Source: Candidatus Hadarchaeales archaeon (GTDB lineage: Archaea; Hadarchaeota; Hadarchaeia; Hadarchaeales; Hadarchaeaceae). From it: DNA of 64,000 nt. Made by a program: the position numbers and the translations under genes. The stretch spans positions 32,001 to 96,000 of the forward strand of contig JAWCLG010000001.1 in assembly GCA_038851075.1 (NCBI GenBank), written 5' to 3'. The notes under the pieces were generated by a model, which was not told the origin of the DNA, searched no databases, and saw only the letters and a program-made list of their open reading frames with translations. Shown in pieces: positions 1 to 9,228 of the stretch. Position 1 is the first letter of the stretch, and every line of letters begins with the position of its first letter.

Positions 1-302
1 AGAGCTCCCGCGAGGGCGTCTCCCGCTTTTACCATTTCCTCAGGTGACTTTGCCCCCATCATCCGCTCCCTCGCCTTCGTGACCGTCTCTATCGCTTTCT
101 TCTCATGCCTCATGTAGCCCTTCACGGTTTCCACGAGGTTTGGAACTAGGTCCGCTCTTTTCTTCAGCTGAACGTCTATCTGGGACCACGCGTTGTCTAT
201 TCTTTTGGAGAGGGTGATGATGCGGTTGTAGTAGTAGAGGAATATCCCCGCGATTATGAGCACCACGAGAACAATTATCGCTATGATGATCCATTCCAGC
301 AT
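1..302 (-). CDS. lemA: LemA family protein (3' end runs off window; missing from ORF track)
   Basis: Manual translation from ATG at 302: MLEWIIIAIIVLVVLIIAGIFLYYYNRIITLSKRIDNAWSQIDVQLKKRADLVPNLVETVKGY. This is the LemA N-terminal TM plus the NAWSQIDVQL.R.DL.PNLV signature. Confidence 0.92.
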   Translation of the reverse strand, partial: MLEWIIIAIIVLVVLIIAGIFLYYYNRIITLSKRIDNAWSQIDVQLKKRADLVPNLVETVKGYMRHEKKAIETVTKARERMMGAKSPEEMVKAGDALAGA

Positions 303-369
303 TTTTTACCACCTTATCTTTTATCTTGATTATTATATAAAAATATTGAAACGTGATTCGGTATTCATT

Positions 370-1623
370 TTAGCCTGCTTTGAATCTGAGTATCGCGGCC
401 AAACCCTTGAAAGCCAGCTGCAGCTGTTTCCCTTCCTCGGTCTCGGTCGACACGAACTCCACTTTGCTACCAAAACGATCTGCAATCTCAAGGAGTTCCT
501 GGACAACGTCCCTGCTGGATGCCACCCTCAGCCTCATTTCACCGCACTTCTGGCATGCCCTGTTCTGAAGACGTTTTGAAAGAACGTCAACGTTGTCCGT
601 CGTCTCATGCGTGACACTGCCGCACGAGTCGCAGACTATCTCCACCCTGAACTCTCGCAGACCCTCGGATATGAGAAGCAGCTCCACCGAACCCTTCTCG
701 AGGGCCTCTCTCACGTCCTTCTCGCCGTATGCCACCAGCCCCCTTTCCGATACTATGGATTCCATGAACCTCCTCATCAGATCCTTCTCCTTGGTTATCT
801 CCAGCCCCGAGAGTATCTCCCCCGCCTTTGCCACAACCTCCCTCACCCCGTATTCGTCCGTGTATCCGGTGTCAAGCACGCCTGCAATCTTCTTGCTCAC
901 GTCCTCCCTGAGCAGACCGCTGTTCAGAAAGTCCTCCTTAGTCGGGCCCGGGCCGCCGACAAGTATGGCCTTAAGGTCCGGAATCTGGCTGAATATCTCG
1001 TTAGCGGCCTCAGCGACCCTCTTTGAGTACTCGTGCGCTGCAATCTCACGAAGACGCTCGAACCTCCTGGAGCTCTGACCCCCCTTGCTGTGTTTTCCCG
1101 GAACAGCGGATGTCATCTTTTTAACTACCTCCACGTGTTTGCCGCGGAGCGTGGCTATGGTCGCCTCCCTTCTGTCAATCACGAGTATTCCTATCGTCTC
1201 TTTTACCTTCATCATCTCCCAGAGGGGATCGAGCACGAACTGCTGATCGCATCGATACATCCTCACAGTAATCGGCTCGGGGGGCTCAATCCAGTAAAGC
1301 TGTATGTCCGTCATGTCCTCCCTGCCGGCCACATTGCCGCAGAATATGGCCATTCCATGGGGAGGAGGCTTGCGGTTGGTTTCAATGTATGCCCTCAGGA
1401 ACTGGATGATCCTCTCAAGCGCGCTGAGGACATTCTTTCTGGTACTCTTTGATTTTATGTTTGAGGCGGTGCCCTGCTCATCTCTCAGCTGCTGCATCAC
1501 CCTTGCCAGATCCGTCTCTGGGGGTATGTAGACCGATATCAGCTCGGTCCCGCTGCCCCTCTTCCCGGAAAGTTCTTCCACCATCCTTCTGAAGTGGTAA
1601 ACAGCCTTACTGTCTACGGTCAT
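370..1623 (-). CDS. prf1: Peptide chain release factor aRF1
   Basis: GTELISVYIPP, TASNIKS, YRCD and GGQS motifs; C-terminal CxxC...CxxC zinc-ribbon insertion. Start placed at ATG 1623. Confidence 0.97.
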   Translation of the reverse strand: MTVDSKAVYHFRRMVEELSGKRGSGTELISVYIPPETDLARVMQQLRDEQGTASNIKSKSTRKNVLSALERIIQFLRAYIETNRKPPPHGMAIFCGNVAGREDMTDIQLYWIEPPEPITVRMYRCDQQFVLDPLWEMMKVKETIGILVIDRREATIATLRGKHVEVVKKMTSAVPGKHSKGGQSSRRFERLREIAAHEYSKRVAEAANEIFSQIPDLKAILVGGPGPTKEDFLNSGLLREDVSKKIAGVLDTGYTDEYGVREVVAKAGEILSGLEITKEKDLMRRFMESIVSERGLVAYGEKDVREALEKGSVELLLISEGLREFRVEIVCDSCGSVTHETTDNVDVLSKRLQNRACQKCGEMRLRVASSRDVVQELLEIADRFGSKVEFVSTETEEGKQLQLAFKGLAAILRFKAG

Positions 1624-1687
1624 GGTCCTCACACCAATTTTCTCAGAAGGTTAATAATACGATGTGCAGTGAAATAATTGGTATCGC

Positions 1688-2380
1688 ATGAGGGTCACTG
1701 TCTGCGTTGGAGGCGCCATACTCGCACCGGACGTTCCGGATACGGGATGCATATCTGAAATTGCGAAGGCTCTCGCGAAGTTAAAGTCGGCGAGACATGA
1801 AGTTCTTGTTGTTGTGGGCGGAGGTAACCCGGCTCGAATGTACATAAACGCGGGGAGGAGCCTTAAGCTCCTGAGCACGCGTCTCGATATGCTGGGCATA
1901 GACATCACCAGAGTGAACGCGAGATTGTTAGCTCTCGCCCTTGGAGATATTGCCGAGCAGGAACCGGTGAAAACGGTGGAGGAAGCAATTCAGGTAATGC
2001 TCAGAAATAAGATACCGGTTATGGGCGGGACCACTCCGGGACAGACCACCGATGCCGTTGCCGCCATGCTCGCAAAGGCCAGCGCTTCTGATATCCTGGT
2101 ATTCATCTCGGATGTCGATGGAATTTACACGGCAGACCCCAAAACAGATCCGTCTGCAAAAAAGATAGAACGAATGACAACCAAGGAGCTTGTGGTGCAG
2201 TTCGGATGGGTGAAGGGAGAACCGGGAATGAAAACACCAGTGGATCCAATTGCTGCGAAAATAATAGAGCGTTTGAAAAGCCGTATCGTTTTCATCGGAA
2301 GAAGGGAGATAACCCGCCTTCAGGAGATAATCAGGGGCGAGCCACACAGCGGAACCACCGTCATGCCGCTGGACGATTAA
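1688..2380 (+). CDS. pyrH: Uridylate kinase (archaeal type)
   Basis: Amino-acid-kinase fold: VVVGGGNPAR, MGGTTPGQTTDAVAA, DVDGIYTADP. Confidence 0.9.
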   Translation: MRVTVCVGGAILAPDVPDTGCISEIAKALAKLKSARHEVLVVVGGGNPARMYINAGRSLKLLSTRLDMLGIDITRVNARLLALALGDIAEQEPVKTVEEAIQVMLRNKIPVMGGTTPGQTTDAVAAMLAKASASDILVFISDVDGIYTADPKTDPSAKKIERMTTKELVVQFGWVKGEPGMKTPVDPIAAKIIERLKSRIVFIGRREITRLQEIIRGEPHSGTTVMPLDD

Positions 2381-2422
2381 ATGAAAATATATAAGATGCG
2401 GCCTCCAAGCTATTACGAGACC

Positions 2423-2551
2423 ATGGTTAAGAAAAAAGGAGAAAAGTACAGGTGCGAGGTCTGCGGGCTTGTGGTTACGGTTGATAAGAACTGCAACTGC
2501 AAAGAGTGCGACATAATCTGCTGTAACACTCCGCTAAAGAAAACAAAATAA
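2423..2551 (+). CDS. Desulforedoxin-like small Cys-rich metal-binding protein (42 aa; missing from ORF track)
   Basis: [42 protein letters not shown]: the G..YxCxxCG..V.V...CC..P pattern of desulforedoxin, with an extra CxCxxC. Confidence 0.75.
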   Translation: MVKKKGEKYRCEVCGLVVTVDKNCNCKECDIICCNTPLKKTK

Positions 2552-2570
2552 AATCAAACTGAGACTGACT

Positions 2571-3242
2571 ATGAACACCGACGCACTCCGCACCATAACA
2601 TATGGACTTTATGTTGTGGGCTCTTTCAACGGAGAGAGAATCAGCGGACAGATAGCAAATTCAGTGATGCAGGTTACAGCGACTCCTCCTAAGGTAGCCG
2701 TGTGCATAAACAGACAAAACATGACACACGAGGTGATATCAAAAGGCAGGGTGTTCTCGATTTCCGTTTTGGAAAAAGAAACTCCTATGAAGCTCATCGG
2801 GTTATTCGGGTTCAAAAGCGGCAGGGACGTTGACAAGTTCAAGGAGATCCGGCACTCCCGCGGAATAACCGGGGCGCCCCTCCTGCTGGACAGCACCATC
2901 GCACATATTGAGGCGAGGGTAGTTTCTGAGCACGATGTGGGCACTCACACAGTTTTCGTTGGAGAAATCGTTGATGCAAAGGTGATAAAGGAAGGAGAGC
3001 CCCTCACTTACTCTTACTATCAACAGGTCAAGGGAGGACATGTGCCAAGAACCGCGACAACTTACTCGGAGGTGAAAGATACGGGAAAGTACAGGTGCAC
3101 CGTCTGCGGGTATATCTACGACCCTGCACTCGGTGACCCGGATTCAGGCGTGAAGCCCGGGACTCCATTCGAGAACCTACCGGATGGCTGGGTGTGTCCT
3201 GTGTGCGGTGCAGAGAAATCGGCATTCGAAAGGTTGAAGTAA
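2571..3242 (+). CDS. Flavin reductase-rubredoxin fusion (high-molecular-weight rubredoxin type)
   Basis: N-terminal flavin reductase-like domain ([29 protein letters not shown]) plus C-terminal rubredoxin [12 protein letters not shown]...WVCPVCG. Confidence 0.9.
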   Translation: MNTDALRTITYGLYVVGSFNGERISGQIANSVMQVTATPPKVAVCINRQNMTHEVISKGRVFSISVLEKETPMKLIGLFGFKSGRDVDKFKEIRHSRGITGAPLLLDSTIAHIEARVVSEHDVGTHTVFVGEIVDAKVIKEGEPLTYSYYQQVKGGHVPRTATTYSEVKDTGKYRCTVCGYIYDPALGDPDSGVKPGTPFENLPDGWVCPVCGAEKSAFERLK

Positions 3243-3313
3243 AGGACCCGGTTAATTGCGGTTTAAGTGACTGCTATTTAACCCATTATATTCAGGATTA
3301 TTGGGTGAGGAGC

Positions 3314-3529
3314 ATGGTCGAGGATCACAGGCACTGCATAGTGTGCGGTAAGGCCACGTCGGCGGATAAGTTCTTCTGCTCGCCCTCCTGTGAGGCGCTC
3401 TTCAAGCAGGGGCAGAAACGCGCCTCAAGATACAGAAACTTAATGATGGTGATTTTCTTCTTGATATTCGCCCTGATCATGGCTACATATTTAATGAGGT
3501 CCGGGTCTCTCTCTTTATTCCCAGTCTAA
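3314..3529 (+). CDS. DUF2116 family Zn-ribbon membrane protein
   Basis: HRHCIVCGK...FCSPSC followed by a C-terminal TM helix; SD GGTGAGG before ATG 3314. Confidence 0.85.
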   Translation: MVEDHRHCIVCGKATSADKFFCSPSCEALFKQGQKRASRYRNLMMVIFFLIFALIMATYLMRSGSLSLFPV

Positions 3530-3946
3530 AAGCCTCTTCTCGCCGCTGATTTTTCTGATCTCGGTGATGTCCTGCGTGACCTCGAGGGTCCCGAGATAAC
3601 GGCCGTCCACACCGCGAACCGCAAAGTATCTTATGTATATCAGCCTCCCATTAATTGTTATCCAGAACCCGGCAACGTTTCTCGTTCCTGACCTGAACTC
3701 ATCCAGTATCTTGTTGACCACATGGACGCTCTTCTGGGGATGGCAGTTCTGAACTTTTTTTCCGATGACCGCTTTGGTCCTTGGAAAAATCCTGTCTCCG
3801 CCGCTGAAGTATTTCACCCTATCATTCGCGTCCACAAATGTTATATCAATGGGCAGTGTGTTGAGCATCGCCTCAAGTTCTTCACGTGAAAGATTCCCCG
3901 TTTCAAGCATGACCTCATTTTCGTTTTTATCCAATGAATCACCCAT
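3515..3946 (-). CDS. Stand-alone PAS domain protein (PAS_10 type, as in DUF438/hemerythrin proteins)
   Basis: LNTLPIDITFVD, RIFPRT..VIG..VQNCHP.KS, YIRYFAVR...YLGTLEVTQD. Alternative start TTG 3934. Confidence 0.85.
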   Translation of the reverse strand: MGDSLDKNENEVMLETGNLSREELEAMLNTLPIDITFVDANDRVKYFSGGDRIFPRTKAVIGKKVQNCHPQKSVHVVNKILDEFRSGTRNVAGFWITINGRLIYIRYFAVRGVDGRYLGTLEVTQDITEIRKISGEKRLLDWE

Positions 3947-3972
3947 CTACCTTTCAACACATTCAATTAACA

Positions 3973-6657
3973 TCAATCACCCTGATCTGCCCTTATCAGA
4001 ATTGTAACTGGTGGGGAATCAAGCGTTATAGACTCAACCTTTTTACCCTTCACCATTATCTCCCTGACTATTTTCACGTCTTCCGCATTTATCTCCACAT
4101 CTCTGCCGGAAACCTTCACGGAGAAGGTACCTCTTGCGAGACTTTTTGCTATTTCACCGGGATCAATTTTTTCCAGCTCTGCCGCCACCGCTTTAAAGTC
4201 ACCGCGCAGCCGTGGCCCGAGCCTCGCTGGGTCCAGGATTATCCCCTTCACTCTCTCCTCCACCTCAGGAGCTTTTGTGGTAACCTTCATGTCCCTGATT
4301 CTCACGGTCCCCTTAACGTCATCGGCGACCGCTCTGATGATGTCCGCAATGCCATCGTCTCCGGCGTGCACATCCACCCTTTCAAGTTCCATATTTAACG
4401 GAAGTTTTCTGGATGACTTGAACTGTCTAAGCGCACCTATCAGGGCATTTGCTATTTCTCCCTCCCTCTCTGCGCCCTCATCAAACATCCGCACTTCTGG
4501 CTTCGGCCAGTCAAGCATGTGGACGCTGGTCACCTTAATATGATCCACAAAGTAGATCTGATAAAGCTCCTCGCTGAAGTGCGGTATGAAAGGAGCGAGC
4601 AGTCTTGTCACATCAAAAAGAACCCTGGAGAGCGTGAATCTTGCCCCTTCAGTCGACCTGTCGTTACCGTAAAGCCTGTGCTTAACCGCCTCAAGATAGT
4701 TGTCGCAAAACTCATGCCACACGAAGTTATGGATGGCTCCGAGTGCCATGTTGAACTGAAAGTCCTCCATATATTGAGTAACCCGGGTGATAAGCTTTGT
4801 GAGTCTGCTTAGCATCCATCTGTCCATAGGACGAAATTTCTTTATGTCAGGCTCGTCCGTTGAAAACTCTAGATGCGGTCCGCAAAACCTGGCGGCGTTC
4901 CATAGCTTTCGCATGAACCTGTACCCGAACTCGACATCTTTCCAGCTGAACGGGATATCAGATCCTGTCGAAGCTCCTATGGCTGCCCACTGTCTGAGAG
5001 CATCTGCTCCGTACTTTTCCCTCGCCATCCCGGTGTCAACGTAGTTACCGAGCGACTTGTGCATCGCCCTCCCGTCGGTGCCAAGAACCATGCCGTTTAT
5101 CAACACCGACCGATATGGAGATCTTTCCAAAAGAGCAAGATGTCTGACCATCAGGTAATAGTCCCACGTTCTTATAATGTCGGTTCCGTTGGGCTGGAGA
5201 TCCGCAGGAAAGAGCCGCTCATCCATATCCGGCCACCCAGCGTGAACTGCTATGGTTATGGAACTGTCCATCCACGTGTCAAGCACGTCCTTTTCCGGCT
5301 CGAATTTTTCTCCGCCGCACTTTTCACATTTTTTCACCGGTGGACTATCCTTCTCGGGAATGACCGGCAGCTGCTCCTCTTTTGCCACTACGGGTTCGCC
5401 GCATCCCGAACAGTACCACACGGGTATGGGCGTGGCGAATATCCTCTGTCTGGATATCACCCAGTCCCAGTCCATCGAGTTCACCCAATCAACAAACCTC
5501 GTCTTCATGTGCTCCGGCACCCACCTGACCTTTTCCGCTTCCTCCAGGACCCTTTCCTTTAAGTCAAGCACTTTCATGAACCACTGTGGAACGCTCATTA
5601 TTTCAACTGGAGTCTTACACCTCCAGCAGAACCCAACGCTTTGTTCAATATCATCCTGTTTCACCAGCAGGCCGGCACTGCTCAGATCGTTCAGAATTGC
5701 TTTTCTCGCGTCTTCAAGCGTCATTCCTGAGTACTTTCCTGCGGATTCGGTCAGCCTGCCCCTCCCGTCTATAAGCTTCACGACAGGCAGCTTGTGCTTC
5801 TTGACCCACCTCACGTCGGTTCTGTCTCCAAAGGTGCACACCATCACCACGCCAGTTCCAAAGTTTGGATCAACTTCTTCATCCTCTATTATTCCGACGA
5901 CCTGTTTGAAGAGAGGAACTTCCAGCCTCTCTCCGACGTATTTTCTGTACCGTTCATCGCTTGGATGGACTGCAACCACAACGCATGCAGGGAGGTACTC
6001 CGGCCTGGTTGTGGCAATCGTAAGGTGCTCTTCTCCGTCCACGAGCTTGAACTTTATGTAGCTCAGAACCGTTTTTCTCTCACCGTGCTCCACCTCGGCA
6101 TCTGCTATTGCGGTTTCGCATCTGGGGCACCAGTTCACCGGATGCTCGCCCCTATATATCATGCCCTTCTTGTAAAGCCGGACAAAGGAAAGCTGGGTTC
6201 TTCTGTAGTAGTCAGGGTCCATCGTTCTGTACTCGGTTGACCAGTCTATGGAGAACCCCATTAAATTCATTTCCTCCTTCATGTGGGCTATGTTCTCCTG
6301 TGTAAGGTTTACGCAGAGCTCCCTGAACTTCGATGGGGGAAGATCTCCCTTTCTTATTCCGTACCTCCTCTCAACCTGCACCTCTGTCGGAAGCCCGTGA
6401 CAATCCCATCCCTGCGGGAAGAAGACATTAAATCCGCGCATCCTCTTGTATCTTGCAACTATGTCAAAGTATGTCCAGTTCAGCGCGGTCCCCATGTGGA
6501 ACTCACCCGATGGATAAGGAGGAGGGGTGTCAATCACATAGGTCTGTGACGTGCGGTCATCACGTTTGAACGCGCCCAGTCCATTTTTTCTCCAGAACTC
6601 CTGCCATCTGGACTCAGCCTCAAGTGGGTTGTATTCTGAAGGAATCTCTCTCTTCAA
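3973..6657 (-). CDS. valS: Valine--tRNA ligase
   Basis: IDTPPPYPSGEFHMG (HIGH-like), GWDCHGLP, DWVISRQR, AMHKSLGN (KMSKS-like); TTG start after GGTGA-N4. Confidence 0.96.
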   Translation of the reverse strand: MKREIPSEYNPLEAESRWQEFWRKNGLGAFKRDDRTSQTYVIDTPPPYPSGEFHMGTALNWTYFDIVARYKRMRGFNVFFPQGWDCHGLPTEVQVERRYGIRKGDLPPSKFRELCVNLTQENIAHMKEEMNLMGFSIDWSTEYRTMDPDYYRRTQLSFVRLYKKGMIYRGEHPVNWCPRCETAIADAEVEHGERKTVLSYIKFKLVDGEEHLTIATTRPEYLPACVVVAVHPSDERYRKYVGERLEVPLFKQVVGIIEDEEVDPNFGTGVVMVCTFGDRTDVRWVKKHKLPVVKLIDGRGRLTESAGKYSGMTLEDARKAILNDLSSAGLLVKQDDIEQSVGFCWRCKTPVEIMSVPQWFMKVLDLKERVLEEAEKVRWVPEHMKTRFVDWVNSMDWDWVISRQRIFATPIPVWYCSGCGEPVVAKEEQLPVIPEKDSPPVKKCEKCGGEKFEPEKDVLDTWMDSSITIAVHAGWPDMDERLFPADLQPNGTDIIRTWDYYLMVRHLALLERSPYRSVLINGMVLGTDGRAMHKSLGNYVDTGMAREKYGADALRQWAAIGASTGSDIPFSWKDVEFGYRFMRKLWNAARFCGPHLEFSTDEPDIKKFRPMDRWMLSRLTKLITRVTQYMEDFQFNMALGAIHNFVWHEFCDNYLEAVKHRLYGNDRSTEGARFTLSRVLFDVTRLLAPFIPHFSEELYQIYFVDHIKVTSVHMLDWPKPEVRMFDEGAEREGEIANALIGALRQFKSSRKLPLNMELERVDVHAGDDGIADIIRAVADDVKGTVRIRDMKVTTKAPEVEERVKGIILDPARLGPRLRGDFKAVAAELEKIDPGEIAKSLARGTFSVKVSGRDVEINAEDVKIVREIMVKGKKVESITLDSPPVTILIRADQGD

Positions 6658-6716
6658 CGGATCACCTTCTAAACAATTGCCCTTACCCTCTTAAACGCCT
6701 TTCAGGTGCGCTGGTA

Positions 6717-6944
6717 TCAAGCGACGATCATCGAGGTTTCAGTATAGGTTACTCCCGGTAGCTTCTGTATTTTATCAACGACCGCACTGCCAAGCTCAGT
6801 CAGATCCTGGACCTCAACCCTTATCACGATGTCGAATCTTCCGGTAGTCGCAGCTGCAAATTTAACCCCGTGCAGCTCCCTCACCCTGTCCAGAAGCTTA
6901 AGGGCTTTTCCGGGCTCTGTTCGCACGTACACTATTGCCTGCAT
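6717..6944 (-). CDS. Lrp/AsnC ligand-binding (RAM) domain protein, no HTH
   Basis: TEPGK...TGRFDIVIRVE...I..LPGVTYTETS; 75 aa. Confidence 0.85.
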   Translation of the reverse strand: MQAIVYVRTEPGKALKLLDRVRELHGVKFAAATTGRFDIVIRVEVQDLTELGSAVVDKIQKLPGVTYTETSMIVA

Positions 6945-7076
6945 AATATCAAAATCATATAACAAGAGCCTATTAAAATCAGTTGTTTTTGAGCGTTTAT
7001 CTAAATTCCTACCAGTTTTTATGATTTTGAGACGAAAAGGTTAAACCACGTCCGGCTGTATATTTAAGGGAGAAAA

Positions 7077-7508
7077 ATGAACTTGAAAGCTCCAAAAAAC
7101 GTTTCCTTTGAGTGTCAACGATGCGCAATGTGCTGCGGTGACACCTCAAGAAGGGGCAGGAACATACTGCTCCTGGAGTCGGAGGTCGAGAACATAGCCA
7201 AAAGAACCGGAGTGAAGCCAATATTTTTCTCAACCCCAATACCAGCCACTGGACCGTACAGATACAAGATGAAGAAAAAGAACGGAAAGTGTGTGTTTCT
7301 CGATGAAAAGGCGTGCAAGATATATGAATTCAGGCCGCTCATATGCAGCTTCTACCCTTTTTCGGTTACGGCGAAAAATGGCTCTTATCTTTTTGATGTG
7401 TGTGATGAGTGTCCTGGAGTGGGTCTTGGAAACATCGTTTCGGAGAATCAGTTTAAATTGATGGTTGAAAAGGCGTTGAAGACCTGGAACGGCAGGTCGA
7501 AAATGTAA
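7077..7508 (+). CDS. YkgJ family CxxCxxCC Fe-S/Zn cluster protein
   Basis: FECQRCAMCC, CVFL, CKIYEFRPLICSFYPF, CPG. Confidence 0.88.
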   Translation: MNLKAPKNVSFECQRCAMCCGDTSRRGRNILLLESEVENIAKRTGVKPIFFSTPIPATGPYRYKMKKKNGKCVFLDEKACKIYEFRPLICSFYPFSVTAKNGSYLFDVCDECPGVGLGNIVSENQFKLMVEKALKTWNGRSKM

Positions 7509-7520
7509 TCGCCGTGTTTT

Positions 7521-9119
7521 TCAGTCGAGAATTCTCTCTAAGATTTTCTCTGCTGCGTGATCTGGTGTTGGTATTCCAGTAACCTCTTCAGCTCTGGCAC
7601 TCAGCGCAAGCAGGTCGTCCCTGCCAAGTAGATCGAGCTTCCACTTTCTGCATCCCGCCATCAGCTGCTTTAGTCCCACCCCTATCCTGTCTACCAGATA
7701 TGTGTATAGCCCCACGCCGGTGGGGAGGACATCCTTCCCTGTTTTTTTCTTCAGTTCAGGTGCGCACACGAAAAACTTTTCCGGGGTGCTGCCATACTCG
7801 TCCGCAAAGTCCTTAGGCAACTTTCCATTTTTAGACAGCTCCACAAAGTAAGATGCCTTCATAACTGCGGTGAGTGGGGCCCTTGCCATCGTTATCGCCT
7901 TGACGAGTGGGCCGTTTCCGAAGTTGCTCATGGCTATGGACTTGAATATCTGGGTCTCGTTTATAAATCCTCCTGCCATGCTAATGTCCGGGACATATTT
8001 TCTTCTTTTCTTGAGAATCTGAGCGCACTTTAGTACCTGGGCCTCAAGATAGATGGTGGGTGTGCTCATCTCGTTCATCATGGGGACCGGACTCATCCCT
8101 GTGCCGCCTCCGGCGCCGTCGAACGTTATATAATCAACTTTAGCTTCTGACGCCACCTTCATTGTCCATGCCACGTCCTCCGGACCGTAAGCTCCTGTCT
8201 TTAACGTGACATGTTTTGCCCCCTGTTCCCTCAGCCATTCCACATCCTCGACGAAGTCTCTCTCAGCGGGCATGCCGACGCGGCTGTGCCGTTCGAAGCT
8301 CTTGATGATCCCTTCCCTGTACGCCTCCTGGACCGTTTTATCTTCCGGATCCGGGATGACTACGTACCCACGTTTCTTGAGCTGAAGCGCCCTGTCGATA
8401 TCGGTGAGCCTTATTTCACCGCCTATCGCCTTCGCCCCCTGCCCCCATTTCCGCTCCAACACGTCTACCTCAAGCTTTGATATTGCGTAGATGTCCACTC
8501 CAAGCCTCTGGTCCTCGACATTTGTCTGAACTGAAATCCCGCCGTACTTGCCATCCCAGAACTCACGGAACTTTTTCACCCGGTACTCCATGTCAGGCGA
8601 GCGGGTTATCTTGCCATTTGTGAACTGGGAGTTCTGATCGACGCCGCAGACGTTCTCCCCAATCACGAGGATGGTACCGCTCAGTGCGGAACCCACTGCC
8701 AGACCATCCCAGTTGTTCTTGGCGACGAATGTAGAGCCGAACGCGCCGTTAATTATCGGGACCTTGAGCGGTATGCCTCCGATCTTCGTCTCGATGCTCA
8801 CATTCGGGAATACCGCAACGTCAGGGTCAGCCTTTATGCCCTCAGCCCCTCTCAGGCGGGCGATTATGTTGAAGTGCGACCAGTCAAGGCCATAGTCCTT
8901 AAGAGACGCGGCGGTGCTCTGGCCGAATTGCTTAGGATCAGGATATAGGACTTCCCTCCCTCTGAAAGCTGACAGCCCTATTTCGCAGAGAAACGGGCAC
9001 TCTCTGATACAGATCGGGCACATGCCGCTGGTTGGGCTCACGTCCCTGACCCTCGTACGGGTTGCGGTGGTGCTCATCCCGTTCAGGTAAGAAGAGTTTC
9101 TTGACACCCTTTCGGTCAT
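7521..9119 (-). CDS. FMN-binding glutamate synthase family protein (archaeal GltB2 type)
   Basis: KWGQGAKAIGGE, LKTGAY, DGAGGGTGMSP motifs; N-terminal CPICIRECPFLC cluster. Confidence 0.88.
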   Translation of the reverse strand: MTERVSRNSSYLNGMSTTATRTRVRDVSPTSGMCPICIRECPFLCEIGLSAFRGREVLYPDPKQFGQSTAASLKDYGLDWSHFNIIARLRGAEGIKADPDVAVFPNVSIETKIGGIPLKVPIINGAFGSTFVAKNNWDGLAVGSALSGTILVIGENVCGVDQNSQFTNGKITRSPDMEYRVKKFREFWDGKYGGISVQTNVEDQRLGVDIYAISKLEVDVLERKWGQGAKAIGGEIRLTDIDRALQLKKRGYVVIPDPEDKTVQEAYREGIIKSFERHSRVGMPAERDFVEDVEWLREQGAKHVTLKTGAYGPEDVAWTMKVASEAKVDYITFDGAGGGTGMSPVPMMNEMSTPTIYLEAQVLKCAQILKKRRKYVPDISMAGGFINETQIFKSIAMSNFGNGPLVKAITMARAPLTAVMKASYFVELSKNGKLPKDFADEYGSTPEKFFVCAPELKKKTGKDVLPTGVGLYTYLVDRIGVGLKQLMAGCRKWKLDLLGRDDLLALSARAEEVTGIPTPDHAAEKILERILD

Positions 9120-9156
9120 ATGATCACCAGTCTCCTAACAAACCCGCACATATCTG

Positions 9157-9205
9157 TTTATATATGTTATTATGAAAAAATCATAACAAATCATACAAAT
9201 TATGA
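9157..9205 (-). promoter_or_regulatory. TATA box plus four 10-bp-phased TATGA/TCATA boxes upstream of glutamate synthase
   Basis: TATA-like element at 9157-9165; TATGA 9171, TCATA 9181, TCATA 9191, TATGA 9201. Confidence 0.55.
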
Positions 9206-9228
9206 ACGCTCGTCTGGGCACAAAATCG

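Noticed and set aside
103-312. 69-aa track ORF
   Set aside because: Wrong frame; the real gene is LemA from ATG 302.
2444-3110. Near-identical 24-mers AAGTACAGGTGCnnnGTCTGCGGG in the desulforedoxin and rubredoxin coding regions
   Set aside because: Explained by the shared KYRCxVCG protein motif and codon bias; not a DNA repeat element.
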